A DNA stretch of 17,793 bases, from positions 1-17,793 of the forward strand of contig CALAMC010000063.1 of the NCBI GenBank assembly GCA_937925655.1, in the 5' to 3' direction. Below, piece by piece: positions 8,709-16,508 of this stretch (its first letter is position 1; each line of letters opens with the position of its first letter). The translations under genes and the position numbers were made by a program. The notes beneath the pieces are model-generated. The model did not search any database. It was not told the DNA's origin and saw only the letters and a list, made by a program, of their open reading frames with translations. The DNA is from an uncultured candidate division Zixibacteria bacterium (lineage in GTDB: Bacteria > Zixibacteria > MSB-5A5 > GN15 > PGXB01).

Positions 8709-10298
8709 TTATCCGGATTTTTTCCCGGATTTCTGCGACAGGGCATTATCTATCATATCCTCGGTCTTGACCCCGATCTTGCTTAAAAGTCCGCCGACGT
8801 CGATACCGGCCGCCTTGGCCTGCTCCAGAAACTGGAACAGCATGGTCGGCCCGACTTTGGTAAACCGGTTCAAGGCGCCGTCATCATTGCCGCTGCCGCC
8901 GCTGTCAACAACCACCAGTTTATCGATATTACCCATCGGGGCGGCGATCGAGCCGAACACCGTGCCGAGCGATTGAATCACCTGCGGCATAACCTTGATG
9001 ACCTCGAGCGTCAACGCGGCTTCATTGAATTGCTGATAGGCCTTGGCCAGTTCATGGACCGACACCGCCCGGGCTATTCCCTGCTTTTCGATAACTTCGG
9101 CTTCGGCCAGACCGGTGGCTTTGGTTGCGGCCGCCATGCCCTCGCCTTCGACCTTGCGCTTATGCTGTTCGGCGTCGGCGCGGGCAATGGTGGCGTACTT
9201 ATCGCCGTCGGCGCGCGCCGTTTGAGCGGCCTTATAGCCCTCGGCTTCCCTCACCTGGGCATCGGCTTTAGCCTTGGCCGGAACCACGATTTCGGCTTCC
9301 TGCGATTTCTGCTCCTTTAGGATATTCTGTGCTTCCACCGAAATCAGGGCGCGTGAACGTTCTTCTTCGATTTTTACTTCGGCCACAATAACCTTCTGTT
9401 TTTGTTCGGCCGTGGATAGCGGTCCGGCCTGTTGAGTTATGGCCGTCTCGCGGGCGATTTCTGCCTGGTATGTTTGTCTGGCCACTTCCGTGTTTTTCTG
9501 GGCTTCGGCCTCCAGCCGCATGTTTTCCTGCGCGACAACTTCGGCCTCGCGCTCGGCATCGGTCGCCTTTTTCTTGGCCTCGGCTAATGCCTGTGCTTCG
9601 CCGATCGTGGCATCACGCTTGACTTCCGCCGTCCGTTTTTTACCGAGCGCTTCGATATACCCCTGTTCATCCGTTATTGACTGCGGGTTAAAGACGTCGA
9701 TTTGCATCCCCAGCCGGGCAAGGTCTTCGCCTGCCTCACCCAGCACCTTTTGCCGGAAGGCATCGCGGTCTTTGATAAGCTGATCGACCGTCAGCGTTCC
9801 CACCACCCCGCGCAGGTTGGATTCGAGAGTTTCGCGGGCGACGCTTTGCACCTGTTCCTGCGACATTCCCAGAAACCGGGATCCGGCCGCCAACAGCGAT
9901 TGCGCGTCGTCCTTAAACCGGATATTCGCGACCGCCTCGACTGTCACCAAGACCCCATCGACGTTAGGCATATTTTTCACCAGAATTTGCGGCAACGATA
10001 TTTCCGTCAAATCAAGAAACTGGACCGCTTCGATTATCGGTTTGCGTATTCGACCACCGCCGGTTACGACCACCGTCCCGGGTGGGAGGACGGTTACCGT
10101 GGCCTCATCCGGATGTCCCGGTTGCGACACCTTCTGCATACCTTTCTTGCCGCTTCTGGCTCCGAAGAAAAAGGCCGCCTTGTTCGGTGGGACGCGGACA
10201 TAAAATGCCGCCAGCGCCCTGATAATAATGAAGATGGCGATGATTGCGGCCAACCCGATTGCCGGCCAGGTCAAAAAGCCCAAAACATCCTGCGACAT
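8709..10298 (-). CDS. Flotillin (SPFH/band-7 family; YqiK/FloT-like)
   Basis: N-terminal TM helix (PAIGLAAIIAIFIIIRALAAF), then an SPFH domain. The conserved DEQGYIEALGKKRTAEVKRDA block is as in FloT/YqiK. A long Glu/Ala/Lys-rich coiled-coil flotillin region precedes a Gly/Ser-rich tail. Confidence 0.9.
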   Translation of the reverse strand: MSQDVLGFLTWPAIGLAAIIAIFIIIRALAAFYVRVPPNKAAFFFGARSGKKGMQKVSQPGHPDEATVTVLPPGTVVVTGGGRIRKPIIEAVQFLDLTEISLPQILVKNMPNVDGVLVTVEAVANIRFKDDAQSLLAAGSRFLGMSQEQVQSVARETLESNLRGVVGTLTVDQLIKDRDAFRQKVLGEAGEDLARLGMQIDVFNPQSITDEQGYIEALGKKRTAEVKRDATIGEAQALAEAKKKATDAEREAEVVAQENMRLEAEAQKNTEVARQTYQAEIARETAITQQAGPLSTAEQKQKVIVAEVKIEEERSRALISVEAQNILKEQKSQEAEIVVPAKAKADAQVREAEGYKAAQTARADGDKYATIARADAEQHKRKVEGEGMAAATKATGLAEAEVIEKQGIARAVSVHELAKAYQQFNEAALTLEVIKVMPQVIQSLGTVFGSIAAPMGNIDKLVVVDSGGSGNDDGALNRFTKVGPTMLFQFLEQAKAAGIDVGGLLSKIGVKTEDMIDNALSQKSGKKSG

Positions 10299-10316
10299 AA
10301 TAATCCCTCCTGAAAA

Positions 10317-10847
10317 TTAATATCCCTGTATTTTTTCCACGGTTACGACATTGCTGGTTTTTCCGACAATCCTGACTACCGCGCCTTTTTCGATTGACTG
10401 ACCGTCATGCGACCGCGCCAGAAATGTGAACTCACGGCCGCGGATCATGCAGGAAACCTGGCCGTTATGGCCGTTATCGATTTTATCAATCAGGTTGGCG
10501 TCAACCCCGATTATGTCCGAGTCACCGATAGTCATGCTCGCCTGGCTGGCATAAAACGCGCGCAGTATCAAATACCCGATCGTGCTTAAAATGATCGCCC
10601 CGACCACGCCGGCCATCGACGCCTGGAACATGGACCAGTCGGTGGTGGTCCGAACGCCGAATCCGGTCGCGCCGAAACCAACCATCAGTAAAGCCACCAT
10701 CTTGAAACTTAATATGCTCGGCCCGTGGGCGGCATCGGCGTCGAAATGGACATCGCCGTCTATGTCGGCGTCGGCGTCACCGCCAAAAATCAGACTGATA
10801 AGCAAAATCGCAAAGCCGATTCCGAAAATCGACGCGAAAATAATCAT
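10317..10847 (-). CDS. NfeD/YqiJ-like membrane protein (flotillin-associated, C-terminal OB-fold)
   Basis: 176 aa with two to three hydrophobic segments and a C-terminal beta-rich segment (GAVVRIVGKTSNVVTVEKI) typical of the NfeD OB-fold. Sits immediately upstream of flotillin (18-nt gap), the canonical yqiJ-yqiK arrangement. AGGAGG RBS 8 nt upstream of the ATG. Confidence 0.7.
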   Translation of the reverse strand: MIIFASIFGIGFAILLISLIFGGDADADIDGDVHFDADAAHGPSILSFKMVALLMVGFGATGFGVRTTTDWSMFQASMAGVVGAIILSTIGYLILRAFYASQASMTIGDSDIIGVDANLIDKIDNGHNGQVSCMIRGREFTFLARSHDGQSIEKGAVVRIVGKTSNVVTVEKIQGY

Positions 10848-10940
10848 AATATAGTCCTCCTGAAAATCTTAATGACCAAGCCATATACCAACCATAAAAT
10901 AAAATATTCAATTTATTATGTCGATATTTAGTTTTTGGGA

Positions 10941-10986
10941 AAAATAAAAACCCGGCGGTGCGAGCACGGACACCACCGGGTTTTTA
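10941..10986. terminator. Strong bidirectional rho-independent terminator (serves minus-strand 676-aa gene)
   Basis: aaaataaaaa (10941-10950); stem acccggcggtg (10950-10960) / caccaccgggt (10971-10981) with one mismatch and a 10-nt loop; ttttt (10981-10985). Confidence 0.6.
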
Positions 10987-11081
10987 GTCGCTCGGCAGAG
11001 GCACTTGCCGAGACACGTTTACCCCCTCATGCTTTTGATTGGCCGGTCGGCCATATTGTCAACCGGCCATAGGGTTTTATA

Positions 11082-13112
11082 TTATTTCAGAAGCATCATC
11101 TTCCGCGTTTCAATGGCATCGTCCGCCTGGATGCGGTAGAAATAGACCCCGCTGGCGAACGATGAGCCATCCCATTCCACCGTATGATATCCCGGTGCGA
11201 ACCTCCGGTCGGCGATCGTTGACACTTTCTGTCCCATGATATTGTAAACATCGAGCGTCACATGCGCCTCGACCGGCAACTCAAAACTGATCTGCGTCAC
11301 CGGGTTAAACGGGTTGGGGTGGTTCTGGTGCAATGCGAATTTATCCGGTAATTGGGGCGAATCCGTATTATTTCCGGCAATTTCAAGATATAACGGCTCG
11401 GCATTCATACCACCCGCAAAGGCCGACACAATTTCGGCTTCACCGTCGATTTCAAGCAGTATTATCTCGCCTTTATCGATTTGATGCTGGCCATTAATGT
11501 CGAAGAGCGCCAGCTTAATCATATCGTTTTCCTGACGGGAATAGACCTGCATACCCTCGATCGGGCAGGAAACATTTGCCGAAATATCGGGCAGTCTTAT
11601 TTCCATTTCAATGCCTTTAATGACATCGACGGCGGCGAGCATAATAATGGTCTTGCCATCGGCATACTCGGTGGAGACCTCACCGCCATACGGAGCATCA
11701 GAATATTTCTGCATAGTCGAGCCAATCTTGTTCAAAGGCGATGACTCAACGCATCCGCAAACGAAATCACATACCGGAGGATTACCGTATTTGCAGTTAA
11801 TCAGCAACAAGATATCAAGCAGGTTAACAACGCAATCACCGTTGACATCCCCGCTTGAAGGTGGTATCGGTGCCGGACCGGCCGGATTGCCATAGACAAA
11901 ATTGATTACATACAGAATATCAACCAGATTAATAACGGGTTCACCGGCAGTATTAAAATCAGCATTGACATTGCCGGGAGTATATGCATAATCAGGATAG
12001 CTGTATGCCCAGCTGGTGTCGAACATTACATTTGGATAAAACACACCCGGTTCGGGGATTTTAAATGTATCCGCAAACAGCAGTCCCTCACCGTTTATAG
12101 TGCAGGTATCCAGTACTAATGCCAGGGAATCTGTCGAAATAAACGGTTCCAGAATACAGACGGTATCATAAGTATTAAGAGGATTCTCAAAATGAAGATA
12201 AGCCAGAACAGCATCTTCACCGGTCAATATGTAATCAAAATCCTGTCCGACCGCGGCGTATATCAAGACATTCTGATTTTCATTATCGATAATTTGACCT
12301 TTAAAACCCCAGCTTTCCACCGCAGTTCCAGCGAATGAAACACTCTTAAGCTCAAAATCCGTCGGTCCCCAGCAAAGCCCGACCTGATATGCCGCGGTGG
12401 GGGTTTGGCAACTGAATCGAACTGGGATAATCAATTCGGATTCATAAGAGTGGATGGAGGGAATATAGAGCAAATCAGGAATGGCAGAAATCCGAATATA
12501 ATCCATTTGACATGTTGCATCCCAGGGTTGAACAAAACTAAGTCTTACGATTTCGTTCGGAATTGACCAATTTTTCGTTACAACCGGGATAAAATCCGTC
12601 TCATCGTCTGTCTTAGCGAATAATTCCCCACCATCAGCACGAATTATCGTTTTCATTGTAATCCAAATGTTCTCTGATTGAGGGCTTGCAGTATGAACAT
12701 TTGTCCATTCATCCATAAACTTCCATCCGAATTGTTCCCATGGTTGTACATTAGGAAGATATGTAATGAAATCTGCATCATCATTTGTCGGACCATAGAA
12801 GAAACCAATCGCCGGTAAAGTATAATGCTGCCCATTACTAACAAGCCGAAACCGCGTTTCCGCGACAAACGGTAGATCCAAAGAGATAAACTTGTCGGCC
12901 CCGTCAGCAGAGGACCCATTCGATGATATACAAAGCCACCCGCTATCTAAATTAACATATACTGACGAATTAGTTGGCATCCATTCACCAGCGCCAATAA
13001 CATCAGTATCGAAGTGCTCTTCATACAGCACTTCCGCGTTTGATCGCTGCACCATAATCGCGAGCACGACAGATATGGCTACGACCACTAATATGGTTTT
13101 TAACTTTGGCAT
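11082..13112 (-). CDS. Secreted T9SS-cargo protein with dockerin-like repeats and type-A CTD (676 aa)
   Basis: Start set at the second ATG (13112) because a perfect GGAGGG SD lies 7 nt upstream of it; the product begins MPKLKTILVVVAISVVLAIMVQRSNA (signal peptide). The C-terminal HQNHPNPFNPVTQISFELP...VTLDVYNIMGQKV...GYHTVEWDG...SGVYFYRIQA...KMMLLK is a textbook T9SS CTD. Internal SGDVNGDCVVNLLDILLLINCKYGNP and NADFNTAGEPVINLVDILYVINFVYGNP are dockerin-like EF-hand repeats. Confidence 0.8.
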   Translation of the reverse strand: MPKLKTILVVVAISVVLAIMVQRSNAEVLYEEHFDTDVIGAGEWMPTNSSVYVNLDSGWLCISSNGSSADGADKFISLDLPFVAETRFRLVSNGQHYTLPAIGFFYGPTNDDADFITYLPNVQPWEQFGWKFMDEWTNVHTASPQSENIWITMKTIIRADGGELFAKTDDETDFIPVVTKNWSIPNEIVRLSFVQPWDATCQMDYIRISAIPDLLYIPSIHSYESELIIPVRFSCQTPTAAYQVGLCWGPTDFELKSVSFAGTAVESWGFKGQIIDNENQNVLIYAAVGQDFDYILTGEDAVLAYLHFENPLNTYDTVCILEPFISTDSLALVLDTCTINGEGLLFADTFKIPEPGVFYPNVMFDTSWAYSYPDYAYTPGNVNADFNTAGEPVINLVDILYVINFVYGNPAGPAPIPPSSGDVNGDCVVNLLDILLLINCKYGNPPVCDFVCGCVESSPLNKIGSTMQKYSDAPYGGEVSTEYADGKTIIMLAAVDVIKGIEMEIRLPDISANVSCPIEGMQVYSRQENDMIKLALFDINGQHQIDKGEIILLEIDGEAEIVSAFAGGMNAEPLYLEIAGNNTDSPQLPDKFALHQNHPNPFNPVTQISFELPVEAHVTLDVYNIMGQKVSTIADRRFAPGYHTVEWDGSSFASGVYFYRIQADDAIETRKMMLLK
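11085..11333 (-). other. T9SS type-A CTD of the 676-aa protein
   Basis: Residues ~598-680 of the track ORF: NHPNPFNP, VYNIMGQKV, SGVYFYRIQA, KMMLLK. Confidence 0.85.
11784..11969 (-). other. Tandem dockerin-like Ca-binding repeats within the 676-aa T9SS cargo
   Basis: Two about 24-aa segments (residues ~386-447 of the track ORF) match the dockerin pattern D-x-N-x-D-x-x-V-N-x-x-D-(I/L)-x-x-(L/V)-x-x. The second copy is near-canonical (DVNGDCVVNLLDILLLINCKYG). Confidence 0.5.
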
Positions 13113-13265
13113 ACAACCCTCCATTAAAAGATGATAAAATTTACCTACCTTCTAGTTTTTGCGCCGACAGGCCGAATATTAAAGGCCTGCTTTATTATAA
13201 TATTAGCTACCGAAAATCGATCGTGTAGAAAATCAAATAATAGTATTACTAATGATAAAATGGAT

Positions 13266-15629
13266 TTACTTATGATAAAAATCTATCCCGGCCGAAAGGT
13301 GGTGGATTATGGAATCTTTGTGATATACAACAATTTCGCTCTTTAATGAGTCTAATAAACGCTCAAAATCGCCAATTGGCTGTCGCCCAAGTTTAATTAA
13401 TAGATCGTTTATTTGTCTCGGGGCAGAATCTTCGGGGAATAATTTTATCGGAATATAATTACTGTCCATTACATAGTACAAATGAGGGAGTTCATACAAA
13501 TCGCTTTTGCGTTCTCCGTCCAGAATTATATTTACGCCTTCAGCCGTGGTGATTTGAAAACTCGATTTTTCTGAATTAACATTTATTGCATAAATACTGC
13601 TATATATGCCGGAACCAACTGAGAGCGGTGATTTAGGGAAAACCACATAATAATCTTGATTACCGGAAGGCATACCAGATAGCATAAAATATTCATCATC
13701 ATAGGGAGGTGCGATACCGGTTATTTCTTTCGGCTCCAAGATTGCTATAAAAGGACCCGGGAATCTATTATTGAGACCATAGCAAAGAATTTCTTCATTC
13801 CCGTCAGCATCCCTATCTATTCGGAACCCGCGAAGAAACCCCAAAGCACCGGGGTTTATATATGGGCCAGAGACACAATTCCCCTTTAAATCCAATAGTA
13901 TTACTTGTGCTCGCCCTGGGGCTGAAGCAAAAGAGCAGCAGATAATGTACTTTTCATTATTATTGTCTTCATAGGGCATTAATTCTGGTGCAATATAGAA
14001 TGCGTTTTCAGTAATTCCTGGGTAGCTTATATCTCCGGGATAGGTAGTTATTACATAAGGATTTTTTCTCCAAACAATTTTACCATCGTGGTCGAAAAAT
14101 ATGATCTCAGCGGGCAAATCAAGTGAATGGGGGGCAAAAAATAATTCCTTCTTGCCATCAGAATCGAAGTCTTCAATAAAATAAAGCATTTGATTCTTCA
14201 CTGAATCATTATATTTAGAGTCCTGTAAAGCCATTGGAAATTCGCAAGATGCCCATAAAAAATGATTATCAGAATTTATAGACAAAAATCGATTACCAAT
14301 GACTTTTATATGGTCAATATTCCAGTCAAACCATATCCAGGCTTTGGGATAGATAAGGCATATTAATACATACAATAGACACATCAACAGCGGCACCTGG
14401 AGTTTCGTCATGCGGCTGTACTTGACCACGCGGCGGGCCGTCAGCTGGCCGATACATACTTTTTCCGAACGAATAATATTGCGGTTTTCCAGAAGGTCGG
14501 AAAGATGAGCGGCTCCCACCATAAGCAACCGTCGATTGGGATATCGGACAGTCATTTTCTCCAATGCGCTTTGGGCCGTCGCCAGATTACCTTCAGGAAC
14601 AACCAAGTACTTGACCGGCGAGAAAAAGGCCCGTTCGACTTTAAACGCAATCGTTTCACCGTTGACCGGCAGAATGTGCCCCTCTTTGTCGATACTGCCC
14701 GTGAAGGCCACATCTGACGATAAAAACCGTTCATGCCGGACAATTTCCGGTTTCATAAGCTGGGTATAGGTCAAAAGCGCCGCCGCCAGGCCGATAGAAT
14801 CACCCGTGAACTGATGATTGCGGCCAGCGATATTGAAGTGAGCGTGATAGCGGCGAACAGCTTTATGCCGGAAATCACTGCGCTTGAATATGCCTCGAAC
14901 AGATTCCAGCGCGTCATAGGCCACCCCGATAAAGGGGTCATCGGGAGTCTTGATTTGATTGTCAAACGTGACTTCATCGATCGGCGCCGACTTGCGAAAC
15001 AACTCGACCCGGGCCGAGAGAAATTTCATCCGCCCGCGTGCGGCTATTCCCCGGCTGTCCTTTTCGACAAACAGGCACAGCGCCTGATCCTGATAGAGCG
15101 ACTCGCGATAGCCCTCCCATTCGGTCAGAATATTGAGCAATTCGGATTTGACCGGAGATTCGATATCCTTGTGCAACGAATAAATATGATACAAAGTGTC
15201 GAATTCATTCAAACCTTTAATTAAATCTCTATCTGCCGAATCAATAGCAGTATCGTCGCCCAGGATTTTCAGGGCGGTTTCATAATCGCCGACATAAAGC
15301 AATTTGCGGGAATATTCGCGGCGAACCGTGCCGAAGACATCTTTTATATTGTCATTATTCCGCTCCGATAATGTTTTCAATAAGGCATGAATCGACTTCA
15401 GTTCGTCGAATGAAAGGTTTTCAAGATTGTCTTTGGTGCACCTTCCGGTCAATTCGCCGATAAATTCGGCCAGGTAGGTCCAGTTCGATTGATGCGGCAA
15501 AGAGTCGGAATGATTTTTCCAGAAATCCAGCATCAGCGCCAGGCCGTCAACCGGATCCGTCTCGGTATTCAGGCCGGCCCGGAATTGCTCGAAATCCCGG
15601 GCAAATCGCAAAGGTGAAAAATCGCTCAT
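13266..15629 (-). CDS. Membrane protein: N-terminal helical region + cytoplasmic Lon-like (S16) protease domain, single TM helix, C-terminal periplasmic FG-GAP/beta-propeller-like domain (787 aa)
   Basis: Residues ~220-350 align block-for-block with the Lon proteolytic domain. [18 protein letters not shown] matches [31 protein letters not shown] matches [28 protein letters not shown] matches [47 protein letters not shown] matches [37 protein letters not shown] matches KTVLIPFEN. No Walker A / AAA+ module and no signal peptide. One hydrophobic helix at 410-428 ([19 protein letters not shown]) has a positive patch before it ([11 protein letters not shown]), giving N-in topology. The C-terminal 360 aa contain DxDxDG loops ([32 protein letters not shown]). 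Confidence 0.8.
   Translation of the reverse strand: [787 protein letters not shown]
14346..14402 (-). other. Single transmembrane helix separating the Lon-like domain (cytoplasmic) from the C-terminal sensor-like domain (periplasmic)
   Basis: 19 consecutive hydrophobic residues (aa 410-428), flanked N-terminally by R/K-rich sequence (positive-inside rule). Confidence 0.6.
14580..15032 (-). other. Lon-like S16 protease domain with candidate Ser278-Lys330 catalytic dyad
   Basis: Ser278 in GDSIG (codon at 14796-14798, rc tct) corresponds to the Lon GPSAG serine. Lys330 in IAFKVE (14640-14642) corresponds to the Lon GGLKEK lysine. Confidence 0.65.
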
Positions 15630-16477
15630 GCAAATAGCCTTATTTTTATGGCTTCTTTCGGATCGGTGATATCGAAAACTGCCGCCTGGTTGGGTTTCAA
15701 AAGCCGGGAGTCGAATGCATCCTTCTGCGCCACGACCGCCCTGATTGTCCCTTCCGCCGCCCGGCCCTCTATTTCCAGCACCCGGATATTTATCTGCGCG
15801 CCCGACATTTTGCGCTCGAACACGATTTCGATTTTGTCATCGCGGTCGCTGGTAAGCACGGTTCGACTGGAAGATTCCACCTTTTCGGCGTCATATTCGA
15901 TTTTTTCGAGTTCGAACACCGCCGAAGGCAATTTTATCTGCCATTTGAGTTTGTCAATATCTGTCAGGGGGGTGTCGATCGGGGCCCGGCCATTGGTATC
16001 GGTTAAAAATTCCCGCCCGATTTCGGGGATCTGGACCAATACGTTAGCTGTTTGTTCTGCGTTCTCGCCGATCAAGTGCAGAAAATCGGAGTTGGTTTTC
16101 GGATCGTGCATCACGCGCAGGATTATTTCGGGATCTTCCGAGCCAAGGGTTATCAGACTATGCATGAAGTCCTTTTCCTCGGGCGAGCCATCGGCGGCCA
16201 TCTGTCTTGGTATCGATATTCCCGGCGCCGATATGATAAAAAGCGGAATAATTTTCCCGTTTTCCAGTTGAGCAATAATACCGGCCGTTATCTTTTGGCC
16301 ATAGAAATCGATTTCGGCGTCATCGGATTTTGCTATTTCGTCTGCCAGGTGACGATACTGCTGACAATATTCGCGGCAGAACTCGCACTCGGCAAGATGC
16401 CGCTCCACTTCTGTAAGTTGCAGTCCCTCCAGCACTTTGTCGCAATATCTTTCCAGTTTATCTTTTGGCGGATGCAT
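15626..16477 (-). CDS. zf-HC2 (HxxxCxxC) anti-sigma-factor-like protein, apparently soluble (283 aa)
   Basis: The N-terminal LTEVERHLAECEFCREYCQQYRHL carries H27-x3-C31-x2-C34 (plus C12, C38), the signature of the ChrR/RsrA-type zinc-binding anti-sigma N-domain. No convincing TM helix. The stop overlaps the downstream start as ATGA (15626-15629), which implies translational coupling. GGGGA RBS upstream. Confidence 0.7.
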   Translation of the reverse strand: MHPPKDKLERYCDKVLEGLQLTEVERHLAECEFCREYCQQYRHLADEIAKSDDAEIDFYGQKITAGIIAQLENGKIIPLFIISAPGISIPRQMAADGSPEEKDFMHSLITLGSEDPEIILRVMHDPKTNSDFLHLIGENAEQTANVLVQIPEIGREFLTDTNGRAPIDTPLTDIDKLKWQIKLPSAVFELEKIEYDAEKVESSSRTVLTSDRDDKIEIVFERKMSGAQINIRVLEIEGRAAEGTIRAVVAQKDAFDSRLLKPNQAAVFDITDPKEAIKIRLFA

Positions 16478-16508
16478 AGTATTTCCCCTGCAACTTTACA
16501 CCAATATA

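Noticed and set aside
8711-8730. Perfect palindrome atccggattttttcccggat resembling a terminator hairpin
   Set aside because: It lies within the last codons of the flotillin CDS (encodes the repeated ...KSGKKSG* tail), so it is a consequence of the peptide repeat. The real terminator-like hairpin is further downstream at 8630-8661.
9702-10313. 203-aa and 128-aa/115-aa/114-aa + strand ORFs opposite the flotillin gene
   Set aside because: Antisense to a high-confidence flotillin CDS. Their Arg/Ala/Ser-rich composition reflects the complement of the Glu/Ala/Lys coiled-coil codons.
13113-13124. First ATG (13124) of the 680-aa track ORF
   Set aside because: GGAGGG lies between the first and second ATG, and 7 nt upstream of the second (13112), which begins the signal peptide. 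The first ATG has no RBS.
13168-13189. Short hairpin caggcc-N10-ggcctg between the 787-aa gene stop and the 676-aa gene start
   Set aside because: Only a 6-bp stem. The U-rich tract is on the + strand side where no + gene needs terminating, and on the minus strand it is followed by cggcgcaaaaa rather than a U-tract. It may be part of the 676-aa gene promoter region, but there is nothing firm.
14733-15224. 163-aa + strand ORF and the 207-aa / 160-aa + ORFs at 15648-16271 and 16052-16534
   Set aside because: Antisense to the Lon-like and anti-sigma-like genes. No start context, and the minus-strand products have coherent domain architecture.
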